Below, in pieces: positions 43,521-57,000 of a DNA stretch of 64,000 nucleotides (within the stretch, counting starts at the first letter, position 1; the number at the start of each line of letters is the position of its first letter). This DNA comes from Auanema rhodensis. Its lineage: Eukaryota > Animalia > Nematoda. Made by a program: the position numbers and the translations under genes. The notes below the pieces were generated by a model. The model was given only the letters and a program-made list of their open reading frames with translations. It did not search any database and was not told where the DNA came from. The stretch lies in contig CAXKVF010000095.1 of NCBI GenBank assembly GCA_964057225.1, positions 1 through 64,000 of the forward strand. Direction: 5' to 3'.

Positions 43521-46500
43521 AGCATAAATTAAAGTTCACGTAAATTTCAAAGTCATGGTTACCATGCACCAATATCAATAAAAATTTGTTTTTAGACTAA
43601 TATGGACATGGGGAATCTAATTTTGAAAACCGCATCTCTTTATCTTTCACGTGAAGCGAGTTACATACCAAGTGCACATCATGTGTACATTTAATTAGCA
43701 TAAATTAAAGTTCACGTAAATTTCAAAGTCATGGTTACCATGCACCAATATCAATAAAAATTTGTTTTTAGACTAATATGGACATGGGGAATCTAATTTT
43801 GGAAACCGCATCTCTTTATCTTTCACGTGAAGCGAGTTACATACCAAGTGCACATCACGTGTACATTTAATTAGCATAAATTAAAGTTCACGTAAATTTC
43901 AAAGTCATGGTTACCATGAAGCAATATCAATAAAAATTTGTTTTTAGACTAATATGGACATGGGGAATCTAATTTTGAAAACCGCATCTCTTTATCTTTC
44001 ACGTGAAGCGAGTTACATACCAAGTGCACATCACGTGTACATCTAATTAGCATAAATTAAAGTTCACGTAAATTTCAAAGTCATGGTTACCATGAACCAA
44101 TATCAATAAAAATTTGTTTTTAGACTAATATGGACATGGGGAATCTAATTTTGAAAACCTCATCTCTTTATCTTTCACGTGAAGCGAGTTACATACCAAG
44201 TGCACATCACGTGTACATTTAATTAGCATAAATTAAAGTTCACGTAAATTTCAAAGTCATGGTTACCATGAACCAATATCAATAAAAATTTGTTTTTAGA
44301 CTAATATGGACATGGGGAATCTAATTTTGAAAACCGCATCTCTTTATCTTTCACGTGAAGCGAGTTACATACCAAGTGCACATCACGTGTACATTTAATT
44401 AGCATAAATTAAAGTTCACGTAAAATTCAAAGTCATGGTTACCATGCACCAATATCAATAAAAATTTGTTTTTAGACTAATATGGACATGGGAAATCTAA
44501 TTTTGAAAACCGCATCTCTTTATCTTTCACGTGAAGCGAGTTACATACCAAGTGCACATCACGTGTACATTTAATTAGCATAAATTAAAGTTCACGTAAA
44601 TTTCAAAGTCATGGTTACCATGCACCAATATCAATAAAAATTTGTTTTTAGACTAATATGGACATGGGGAATCTAATTTTGAAAACCGCATCTCTTTATC
44701 TTTCACGTGAAGCGAGTTACATACCAAGTGCACATCACGTGTACATTTAATTAGCATAAATTAAAGTTCACGTAAATTTCAAAGTCATGGTTACCATGAA
44801 GCAATATCAATAAAAATTTGTTTTTAGACTAATATGGACATGAGGAATCTAATTTTGAAAACCGCATCTCTTTATCTTTCACGTGAAGCGAGTTACATAC
44901 CAAGTGCACATCACGTGTACATTTAATTAGCATAAATTAAAGTTCACGTAAATTTCAAAGTCATGGTTACCATGAAGCAATATCAATAAAAATTTGTTTT
45001 TAGACTAATATGGACATGGGGAATCTAATTTTGAAAACCGCATCTCTTTATCTTTCACGTGAAGCGAGTTACATACCAAGTGCACATCACGTGTACATTT
45101 AATTAGCATAAATTAAAGTTCACGTAAATTTCAAAGTCATGGTTACCATGAAGCAATATCAATAAAAATTTGTTTTTAGACTAATATGGACATGGGGAAT
45201 CTAATTTTGAAAACCGCATCTCTTTATCTTTCACGTGAAGCGAGTTACATACCAAGTGCACATCACGTGTACATTTAATTAGCATAAATTAAAGTTCACG
45301 TAAATTTCAAAGTCATGGTTACCATGAAGCAATATCAATAAAAATTTGTTTTTAGACTAATATGGACATGGGGAATCTAAATTTGAAAACCGCATCTCTT
45401 TATCTTTCACGTGAAGCGAGTTACATACCAAGTGCACATCACGTGTACATTTAATTAGCATAAATTAAAGTTCACGTAAATTTCAAAGTCATGGTTACCA
45501 TGCACCAATATCAATAAAAATTTGTTTTTAGACTAATATGGACATGGGAGATCTAATTTTGAAAACCGCATCTCTTTATCTTTCACGTGAAGCGAGTTAC
45601 ATACCAAGTGCACATCACGTGTACATTTAATTAGCATAAATTAAAGTTCACGTAAATTTCAAAGTCATGGTTACCATGAAGCAATATCAATAAAAATTTG
45701 TTTTTAGACTAATATGGACATGGGGAATCTAATTTTGAAAACCGCATCTCTTTATCTTTCACGTGAAGCGAGTTACATACCAAGTGCACATCACGTGTAC
45801 ATTTAATTAGCATAAATTAAAGTTCACGTAAATTTCAAAGTCATGGTTACCATGAAGCAATATCAATAAAAATTTGTTTTTAGACTAATATGGACATGGG
45901 GAATCTAATTTTGAAAACCGCATCTCTTTATCTTTCACGTGAAGCGAGTTACATACCAAGTGCACATCACGTGTACATTTAATTAGCATAAATTAAAGTT
46001 CACGTAAATTTCAAAGTCATGGTTACCATGAAGCAATATCAATAAAAATTTGTTTTTAGACTAATATGGACATGGGGAATCTAAATTTGAAAACCGCATC
46101 TCTTTATCTTTCACGTGAAGCGAGTTACATACCAAGTGCACATCACGTGTACATTTAATTAGCATAAATTAAAGTTCACGTAAATTTCAAAGTCATGGTT
46201 ACCATGCACCAATATCAATAAAAATTTGTTTTTAGACTAATATGGACATGGGAGATCTAATTTTGAAAACCGCATCTCTTTATCTTTCACGTGAAGCGAG
46301 TTACATACCAAGTGCACATCACGTGTACATTTAATTAGCATAAATTAAAGTTCACGTAAATTTCAAAGTCATGGTTACCATGAAGCAATATCAATAAAAA
46401 TTTGTTTTTAGACTAATATGGACATGGGGAATCTAATTTTGAAAACCGCATCTCTTTATCTTTCACGTGAAGCGAGTTACATACCAAGTGCACATCACGT

Positions 46501-49500
46501 GTACATTTAATTAGCATAAATTAAAGTTCACGTAAATTTCAAAGTCATGGTTACCATGAACCAATATCAATAAAAATTTGTTTTTAGACTAATATGGACA
46601 TGGGGAATCTAATTTTGAAAACCGCATCTCTTTATCTTTCACGTGAAGCGAGTTACATACCAAGTGCACATCACGTGTACATTTAATTAGCATAAATTAA
46701 AGTTCACGTAAATTTCAAAGTCATGGTTACCATGAAGCAATATCAATAAAAATTTGTTTTTAGACTAATATGGACATGGGGAATCTAATTTTGAAAACCG
46801 CATCTCTTTATCTTTCACGTGAAGCGAGTTACATACCAAGTGCACATCACGTGTACATTTAATTAGCATAAATTAAAGTTCACGTAAATTTCAAAGTCAT
46901 GGTTACCATGAACCAATATCAATAAAAATTTGTTTTTAGACTAATATGGACATGGGGAATCTAATTTTGAAAACCGCATCTCTTTATCTTTCACGTGAAG
47001 CGAGTTACATACCAAGTGCACATCATGTGTACATTTAATTAGCATAAATTAAAGTTCACGTAAATTTCAAAGTCATGGTTACCATGCACCAATATCAATA
47101 AAAATTTGTTTTTAGACTAATATGGACATGGGGAATCTAATTTTGGAAACCGCATCTCTTTATCTTTCACGTGAAGCGAGTTACATACCAAGTGCACATC
47201 ACGTGTACATTTAATTAGCATAAATTAAAGTTCACGTAAATTTCAAAGTCATGGTTACCATGAAGCAATATCAATAAAAATTTGTTTTTAGACTAATATG
47301 GACATGGGGAATCTAATTTTGAAAACCGCATCTCTTTATCTTTCACGTGAAGCGAGTTACATACCAAGTGCACATCACGTGTACATCTAATTAGCATAAA
47401 TTAAAGTTCACGTAAATTTCAAAGTCATGGTTACCACGAACCAATATCAATAAAAATTTGTTTTTAGACTAATATGGACATGGGGAATCTAATTTTGAAA
47501 ACCTCATCTCTTTATCTTTCACGTGAAGCGAGTTACATACCAAGTGCACATCACGTGTACATTTAATTAGCATAAATTAAAGTTCACGTAAATTTCAAAG
47601 TCATGGTTACCATGAACCAATATCAATAAAAATTTGTTTTTAGACTAATATGGACATGGGGAATCTAATTTTGAAAACCGCATCTCTTTATCTTTCACGT
47701 GAAGCGAGTTACATACCAAGTGCACATCACGTGTACATTTAATTAGCATAAATTAAAGTTCACGTAAAATTCAAAGTCATGGTTACCATGCACCAATATC
47801 AATAAAAATTTGTTTTTAGACTAATATGGACATGGGAAATCTAATTTTGAAAACCGCATCTCTTTATCTTTCACGTGAAGCGAGTTACATACCAAGTGCA
47901 CATCACGTGTACATTTAATTAGCATAAATTAAAGTTCACGTAAATTTCAAAGTCATGGTTACCATGCACCAATATCAATAAAAATTTGTTTTTAGACTAA
48001 TATGGACATGGGGAATCTAATTTTGAAAACCGCATCTCTTTATCTTTCACGTGAAGCGAGTTACATACCAAGTGCACATCACGTGTACATTTAATTAGCA
48101 TAAATTAAAGTTCACGTAAATTTCAAAGTCATGGTTACCATGAAGCAATATCAATAAAAATTTGTTTTTAGACTAATATGGACATGAGGAATCTAATTTT
48201 GAAAACCGCATCTCTTTATCTTTCACGTGAAGCGAGTTACATACCAAGTGCACATCACGTGTACATTTAATTAGCATAAATTAAAGTTCACGTAAATTTC
48301 AAAGTCATGGTTACCATGAAGCAATATCAATAAAAATTTGTTTTTAGACTAATATGGACATGGGGAATCTAATTTTGAAAACCGCATCTCTTTATCTTTC
48401 ACGTGAAGCGAGTTACATACCAAGTGCACATCACGTGTACATTTAATTAGCATAAATTAAAGTTCACGTAAATTTCAAAGTCATGGTTACCATGAAGCAA
48501 TATCAATAAAAATTTGTTTTTAGACTAATATGGACATGGGGAATCTAATTTTGAAAACCGCATCTCTTTATCTTTCACGTGAAGCGAGTTACATACCAAG
48601 TGCACATCACGTGTACATTTAATTAGCATAAATTAAAGTTCACGTAAATTTCAAAGTCATGGTTACCATGAAGCAATATCAATAAAAATTTGTTTTTAGA
48701 CTAATATGGACATGGGGAATCTAAATTTGAAAACCGCATCTCTTTATCTTTCACGTGAAGCGAGTTACATACCAAGTGCACATCACGTGTACATTTAATT
48801 AGCATAAATTAAAGTTCACGTAAATTTCAAAGTCATGGTTACCATGCACCAATATCAATAAAAATTTGTTTTTAGACTAATATGGACATGGGAGATCTAA
48901 TTTTGAAAACCGCATCTCTTTATCTTTCACGTGAAGCGAGTTACATACCAAGTGCACATCACGTGTACATTTAATTAGCATAAATTAAAGTTCACGTAAA
49001 TTTCAAAGTCATGGTTACCATGAAGCAATATCAATAAAAATTTGTTTTTAGACTAATATGGACATGGGGAATCTAATTTTGAAAACCGCATCTCTTTATC
49101 TTTCACGTGAAGCGAGTTACATACCAAGTGCACATCACGTGTACATTTAATTAGCATAAATTAAAGTTCACGTAAATTTCAAAGTCATGGTTACCATGAA
49201 CCAATATCAATAAAAATTTGTTTTTAGACTAATATGGACATGGGGAATCTAATTTTGAAAACCGCATCTCTTTATCTTTCACGTGAAGCGAGTTACATAC
49301 CAAGTGCACATCACGTGTACATTTAATTAGCATAAATTAAAGTTCACGTAAATTTCAAAGTCATGGTTACCATGAAGCAATATCAATAAAAATTTGTTTT
49401 TAGACTAATATGGACATGGGGAATCTAATTTTGAAAACCGCATCTCTTTATCTTTCACGTGAAGCGAGTTACATACCAAGTGCACATCACGTGTACATTT

Positions 49501-49504
49501 AATT
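43521..49504 (+). repeat. Duplication of a ~15-monomer block whose first copy contains a nested 4-monomer duplication
   Basis: CATCATGTG 43682/47026, TTGGAAA 43802/47146, ACATCTAA 44043/47387, AAACCTC 44160/47504, TGAGG 44843/48187. Nested CTAAATTT at 45381/46085 (704 bp apart). Confidence 0.9.
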
Positions 49505-52496
49505 AGCATAAATTAAAGTTCACGTAAATTTCAAAGTCATGGTTACCATGAAGCAATATCAATAAAAATTTGTTTTTAGACTAATATGGACATGGGGAAT
49601 CTAATTTTGAAAACCGCATCTCTTTATCTTTCACGTGAAGCGAGTTACATACCAAGTGCACATCACGTGTACATTTAATTAGCATAAATTAAAGTTCACG
49701 TAAATTTCAAAGTCATGGTTACCATGAAGCAATATCAATAAAAATTTGTTTTTAGACTAATATGGACATGGGGAATCTAAATTTGAAAACCGCATCTCTT
49801 TATCTTTCACGTGAAGCGAGTTACATACCAAGTGCACATCACGTGTACATTTAATTAGCATAAATTAAAGTTCACGTAAATTTCAAAGTCATGGTTACCA
49901 TGCACCAATATCAATAAAAATTTGTTTTTAGACTAATATGGACATGGGAGATCTAATTTTGAAAACCGCATCTCTTTATCTTTCACGTGAAGCGAGTTAC
50001 ATACCAAGTGCACATCACGTGTACATTTAATTAGCATAAATTAAAGTTCACGTAAATTTCAAAGTCATGGTTACCATGAAGCAATATCAATAAAAATTTG
50101 TTTTTAGACTAATATGGACATGGGGAATCTAATTTTGAAAACCGCATCTCTTTATCTTTCACGTGAAGCGAGTTACATACCAAGTGCACATCACGTGTAC
50201 ATTTAATTAGCATAAATTAAAGTTCACGTAAATTTCAAAGTCATGGTTACCATGAACCAATATCAATAAAAATTTGTTTTTAGACTAATATGGACATGGG
50301 GAATCTAATTTTGAAAACCGCATCTCTTTATCTTTCACGTGAAGCGAGTTACATACCAAGTGCACATCACGTGTACATTTAATTAGCATAAATTAAAGTT
50401 CACGTAAATTTCAAAGTCATGGTTACCATGAAGCAATATCAATAAAAATTTGTTTTTAGACTAATATGGACATGGGGAATCTAATTTTGAAAACCGCATC
50501 TCTTTATCTTTCACGTGAAGCGAGTTACATACCAAGTGCACATCACGTGTACATTTAATTAGCATAAATTAAAGTTCACGTAAATTTCAAAGTCATGGTT
50601 ACCATGAAGCAATATCAATAAAAATTTGTTTTTAGACTAATATGGACATGGGGAATCTAATTTTGAAAACCGCATCTCTTTATCTTTCACGTGAAGCGAG
50701 TTACATACCAAGTGCACATCACGTGTACATTTAATTAGCATAAATTAAAGTTCACGTAAATTTCAAAGTCATGGTTACCATGAAGCAATATCAATAAAAA
50801 TTTGTTTTTAGACTAATATGGACATGGGGAATCTAAATTTGAAAACCGCATCTCTTTATCTTTCACGTGAAGCGAGTTACATACCATGTGCACATCACGT
50901 GTACATTTAATTAGCATAAATTAAAGTTCACGTAAATTTCAAAGTCATGGTTACCATGCACCAATATCAATAAAAATTTGTTTTTAGACTAATATGGACA
51001 TGGGAGATCTAATTTTGAAAACCGCATCTCTTTATCTTTCACGTGAAGCGAGTTACATACCAAGTGCACATCACGTGTACATTTAATTAGCATAAATTAA
51101 AGTTCACGTAAATTTCAAAGTCATGGTTACCATGCACCAATATCAATAAAAATTTGTTTTTAGACTAATATGGACATGGGGAATCTAATTTTGAAAACCG
51201 CATCTCTTTATCTTTCACGTGAAGCGAGTTACATACCAAGTGCACATCACGTGTACATTTAATTAGCATAAATTAAAGTTCACGTAAATTTCAAAGTCAT
51301 GGTTACCATGCACCAATATCAATAAAAATTTGTTTTTAGACTAATATGGACATGGGGAATCTAATTTTGAAAACCGCATCTCTTTATCTTTCACGTGAAG
51401 CGAGTTACATACCAAGTGCACATCACGTGTACATTTAATTAGCATAAATTAAAGTTCACGTAAATTTCAAAGTCATGGTTACCATGAACCAATATCAATA
51501 AAAATTTGTTTTTAGACTAATATGGACATGGGGAATCTAATTTTGAAAACCGCATCTCTTTATCTTTCACGTGAAGCGAGTTACATACCAAGTGCACATC
51601 ACGTGTACATTTAATTAGCATAAATTAAAGTTCACGTAAATTTCAAAGTCATGGTTACCATGAAGCAATATCAATAAAAATTTGTTTTTAGACTAATATG
51701 GACATGGGGAATCTAATTTTGAAAACCGCATCTCTTTATCTTTCACGTGAAGCGAGTTACATACCAAGTGCACATCACGTGTACATTTAATTAGCATAAA
51801 TTAAAGTTCACGTAAATTTCAAAGTCATGGTTACCATGAAGCAATATCAATAAAAATTTGTTTTTAGACTAATATGGACATGGGGAATCTAAATTTGAAA
51901 ACCGCATCTGTTTATCTTTCACGTGAAGCGAGTTACATACCAAGTGCACATCACGTGTACATTTAATTAGCATAAATTAAAGTTCACGTAAATTTCAAAG
52001 TCATGGTTACCATGCACCAATATCAATAAAAATTTGTTTTTAGACTAATATGGACATGGGAGATCTAATTTTGAAAACCGCATCTCTTTATCTTTCACGT
52101 GAAGCGAGTTACATACCAAGTGCACATCACGTGTACATTTAATTAGCATAAATTAAAGTTCACGTAAATTTCAAAGTCATGGTTACCATGAAGCAATATC
52201 AATAAAAATTTGTTTTTAGACTAATATGGACATGGGGAATCTAATTTTGAAAACCGCATCTCTTTATCTTTCACGTGAAGCGAGTTACATACCAAGTGCA
52301 CATCACGTGTACATTTAATTAGCATAAATTAAAGTTCACGTAAATTTCAAAGTCATGGTTACCATGAACCAATATCAATAAAAATTTGTTTTTAGACTAA
52401 TATGGACATGGGGAATCTAATTTTGAAAACCGCATCTCTTTATCTTTCACGTGAAGCGAGTTACATACCAAGTGCACATCACGTGTACATTTAATT
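48273..52496 (+). repeat. Four imperfect tandem copies of a 6-monomer unit (1056 bp), a local higher-order repeat
   Basis: CTAAATTT at 48725, 49781, 50837, 51893 and GGGAGATC at 48893, 49949, 51005, 52061. Confidence 0.9.
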
Positions 52497-53139
52497 AGCA
52501 TAAATTAAAGTTCACGTAAATTTCAAAGTCATGGTTACCATGAACCAATATCAATAAAAATTTGTTTTTAGACTAATATGGACATGGGGAATCTAATTTT
52601 GAAAACCGCATCTCTTTATCTTTCACGTGAAGCGAGTTACATACCAAGTGCACATCACGTGTACATTTAATTAGCATAAATTAAAGTTCACGTAAATTTC
52701 AAAGTCATGGTTACCATGAAGCAATATCAATAAAAATTTGTTTTTAGACTAATATGGACATGGGGAATCTAATTTTGAAAACCGCATCTCTTTATCTTTC
52801 ACGTGAAGCGAGTTACATACCAAGTGCACATCACGTGTACATTTAATTAGCATAAATTAAAGTTCACGTAAATTTCAAAGTCATGGTTACCATGAAGCAA
52901 TATCAATAAAAATTTGTTTTTAGACTAATATGGACATGGGGAATCTAATTTTGAAAACCGCATCTCTTTATCTTTCACGTGAAGCGAGTTACATACCAAG
53001 TGCACATCACGTGTACATTTAATTAGCATAAATTAAAGTTCACGTAAATTTCAAAGTCATGGTTACCATGAAGCAATATCAATAAAAATTTGTTTTTAGA
53101 CTAATATGGACATGGGGAATCTAATTTCGAAAACCGCAT

Positions 53140-54080
53140 CTCTTTATCTTTCACGTGAAGCGAGTTACATACCATGTGCACATCACGTGTACATTTAATT
53201 AGCATAAATTAAAGTTCACGTAAATTTCAAAGTCATGGTTACCATGAACCAATATCAATAAAAATTTGTTTTTAGACTAATATGGACATGGGGAATCTAA
53301 TTTTGAAAACCGCATCTCTTTATCTTTCACGTGAAGCAAGTTACATACCAAGTGCACATCACGTGTACATTTAATTAGCATAAATTAAAGTTCACGTAAA
53401 TTTCAAAGTCATGGTTACCATGCACCAATATCAATAAAAATTTGTTTTTAGACTAATATGGACATGGGAAATCTAATTTTGAAAACCGCATCTCTTTATC
53501 TTTCACGTGAAGCGAGTTACATACCAAGTGCACATCACGTGTACATTTAATTAGCATAAATTAAAGTTCACGTAAATTTCAAAGTCATGGTTACCATGCA
53601 CCAATATCAATAAAAATTTGTTTTTAGACTAATATGGACATGGGGAATCTAATTTTGAAAACCGCATCTCTTTATCTTTCACGTGAAGCGAGTTACATAC
53701 CATGTGCACATCACGTGTACATTTAATTAGCATAAATTAAAGTTCACGTAAATTTCAAAGTCATGGTTACCATGAACCAATATCAATAAAAATTTGTTTT
53801 TAGACTAATATGGACATGGGGAATCTAATTTTGAAAACCGCATCTCTTTATCTTTCACGTGAAGCAAGTTACATACCAAGTGCACATCACGTGTACATTT
53901 AATTAGCATAAATTAAAGTTCACGTAAATTTCAAAGTCATGGTTACCATGCACCAATATCAATAAAAATTTGTTTTTAGACTAATATGGACATGGGAAAT
54001 CTAATTTTGAAAACCGCATCTCTTTATCTTTCACGTGAAGCGAGTTACATACCAAGTGCACATCACGTGTTCATTTAATT
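53140..54080 (+). repeat. Tandem duplication with 3-monomer period (528 bp)
   Basis: ACCATGTG 53175/53703, GCAAGTT 53338/53866, GGGAAAT 53469/53997. Edges approximate. Confidence 0.85.
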
Positions 54081-57000
54081 AGCATAAATTAAAGTTCACG
54101 TAAATTTCAAAGTCATGGTTACCATGCACCAATATCAATAAAAATTTGTTTTTAGACTAATATGGACATGGGGAATCTAATTTTGAAAACCGCATCTCTT
54201 TATCTTTCACGTGAAGCGAGTTACATACCAAGTGCACATCACGTGTACATTTAATTAGCATAAATTAAAGTTCACGTAAATTTCAAAGTCATGGTTACCA
54301 TGAAGCAATATCAATAAAAATTTGTTTTTAGACTAATATGGACATGGGGAATCTAATTTTGAAAACCGCATCTCTTTATCTTTCACGTGAAGCGAGTTAC
54401 ATACCAAGTGCACATCACGTGTACATTTAATTAGCATAAATTAAAGTTCACGTAAATTTCAAAGTCATGGTTACCATGAACCAATATCAATAAAAATTTG
54501 TTTTTAGACTAATATGGACATGGGGAATCTAATTTTGAAAACCGCATCTCTTTATCTTTCACGTGAAGCGAGTTACATACCAAGTGCACATCACGTGTAC
54601 ATTTAATTAGCATAAATTAAAGTTCACGTAAAATTCAAAGTCATGGTCACCATGCACCAATATCAATAAAAATTTGTTTTTAGACTGATATGGACATGGG
54701 GAATCTAATTTTGAAAACCGCATCTCTTTATCTTTCACGTGAAGCGAGTTACATACCAAGTGCACATCACGTGTACATTTAATTAGCATAAATTAAAGTT
54801 CACGTAAATTTCAAAGTCATGGTTACCATGAACCAATATCAATAAAAATTTGTTTTTAGACTAATATGGACATGGGGAATCTAATTTTGGAAACCGCATC
54901 TCTTTATCTTTCACGTGAAGCGAGTTACATACCAAGTGCACATCACGTGTACATTTAATTAGCATAAATTAAAGTTCACGTAAATTTCAAAGTCATGGTT
55001 ACCATGAAGCAATATCAATAAAAATTTGTTTTTAGACTAATATGGACATGGGAAATCTAATTTTGAAAACCGCATCTCTTTATCTTTCACGTGAAGCGAG
55101 TTACATACCAAGTGCACATCACGTGTACATTTAATTAGCATAAATTAAAGTTCACGTAAATTTCAAAGTCATGGTTACCATGAACCAATATCAATAAAAA
55201 TTTGTTTTTAGACTAATATGGACATGGGGAATCTAATTTTGAAAACCGCATCTCTTTATCTTTCACGTGAAGCGAGTTACATACCAAGTGCACATCACGT
55301 GTACATTTAATTAGCATAAATTAAAGTTCACGTAAATTTCAAAGTCATGGTTACCATGAAGCAATATCAATAAAAATTTGTTTTTAGACTAATATGGACA
55401 TGGGGAATCTAATTTTGAAAACCGCATCTCTTTATCTTTCACGTGAAGCGAGTTACATACCAAGTGCACATCACGTGTACATTTAATTAGCATAAATTAA
55501 AGTTCACGTAAATTTCAAAGTCATGGTTACCATGAACCAATATCAATAACAATTTGTTTTTAGACTAATATGGACATGGGGAATCTAATTTTGAAAACCG
55601 CATCTCTTCATCTTTCACGTGAAGCGAGTTACATACCAAGTGCACATCACGTGTACATTTAATTAGCATAAATTAAAGTTCACGTAAATTTCAAAGTCAA
55701 GGTTACCATGAACCAATATCAATAAAAATTTGTTTTTAGACTAATATGGACATGGGGAATCTAATTTCGAAAACCGCATCTCTTTATCTTTCACGTGAAG
55801 CGAGTTACATACCATGTGCACATCACGTGTACATTTAATTAGCATAAATTAAAGTTCACGTAAATTTCAAAGTCATGGTTACCATGAAGCAATATCAATA
55901 AAAATTTGTTTTTAGACTAATATGGACATGGGGAATCTAATTTTGAAAACCGCATCTCTTTATCTTTCACGTGAAGCGAGTTACATACCAAGTGCACATC
56001 ACGTGTACATTTAATTAGCATAAATTAAAGTTCACGTAAATTTCAAAGTCATGGTTACCATGAAGCAATATCAATAAAAATTCGTTTTTAGACTAATATG
56101 GACATGGGGAATCTAATTTCGAAAACCGCATCTCTTTATCTTTCACGTGAAGCGAGTTACATACCATGTGCACATCACGTGTACATTTAATTAGCATAAA
56201 TTGAAGTTCACGTAAATTTCAAAGTCATGGTTACCATGAACCAATATCAATAAAAATTTGTTTTTAGACTAATATGGACATGGGGAATCTAATTTTGAAA
56301 ACCGCATCTCTTTATCTTTCACGTGAAGCAAGTTACATACCAAGTGCACATCACGTGTACATTTAATTAGCATAAATTAAAGTTCACGTAAATTTCAAAG
56401 TCATGGTTACCATGCACCAATATCAATAAAAATTTGTTTTTAGACTAATATGGACATGGGGAATCTAATTTTGAAAACCGCATCTCTTTATCTTTCACGT
56501 GAAGCGAGTTACATACCAAGTGCACATCACGTGTACATTTAATTAGCATAAATTAAAGTTCACGTAAATTTCAAAGTCATGGTTACCATGCACCAATATC
56601 AAAAAAAATTCGTTTTTAGACTAATATGGACATGGGGAATCTAATTTTGAAAACCGCATCTCTTTATCTTTCACGTGAAGCGAGTTACATACCAAGTGCA
56701 CATCACGTGTACATTTAATTAGCATAAATTAAAGTTCACGTAAATTTCAAAGTCATGGTTACCATGAAGCAATATCAATAAAAATTTGTTTTTAGACTAA
56801 TATGGACATGGGGAATCTAATTTTGAAAACCGCATCTCTTTATCTTTCACGTGAAGCGAGTTACATACCAAGTGCACATCACGTGTACATTTAATTAGCA
56901 TAAATTAAAGTTCACGTAAATTTCAAAGTCATGGTTACCATGAACCAATATCAATAAAAATTTGTTTTTAGACTAATATGGACATGGGGAATCTAATTTT

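Noticed and set aside
35426-50200. A conserved 19-mer HOR (3344-bp spacing seen in two regions)
   Set aside because: The two regions use different markers, and the second spacing is a ~15-mer plus a nested 4-mer. The equal length is most likely coincidental.
54607-54789. 60-aa minus-strand ORF from the ORF track
   Set aside because: It is one satellite monomer in which a private A>G at 54687 turns the consensus minus-strand TAG into CAG. It is open in only one of 364 units, has no recognisable domain or expression signals, and 176 is not a multiple of 3.
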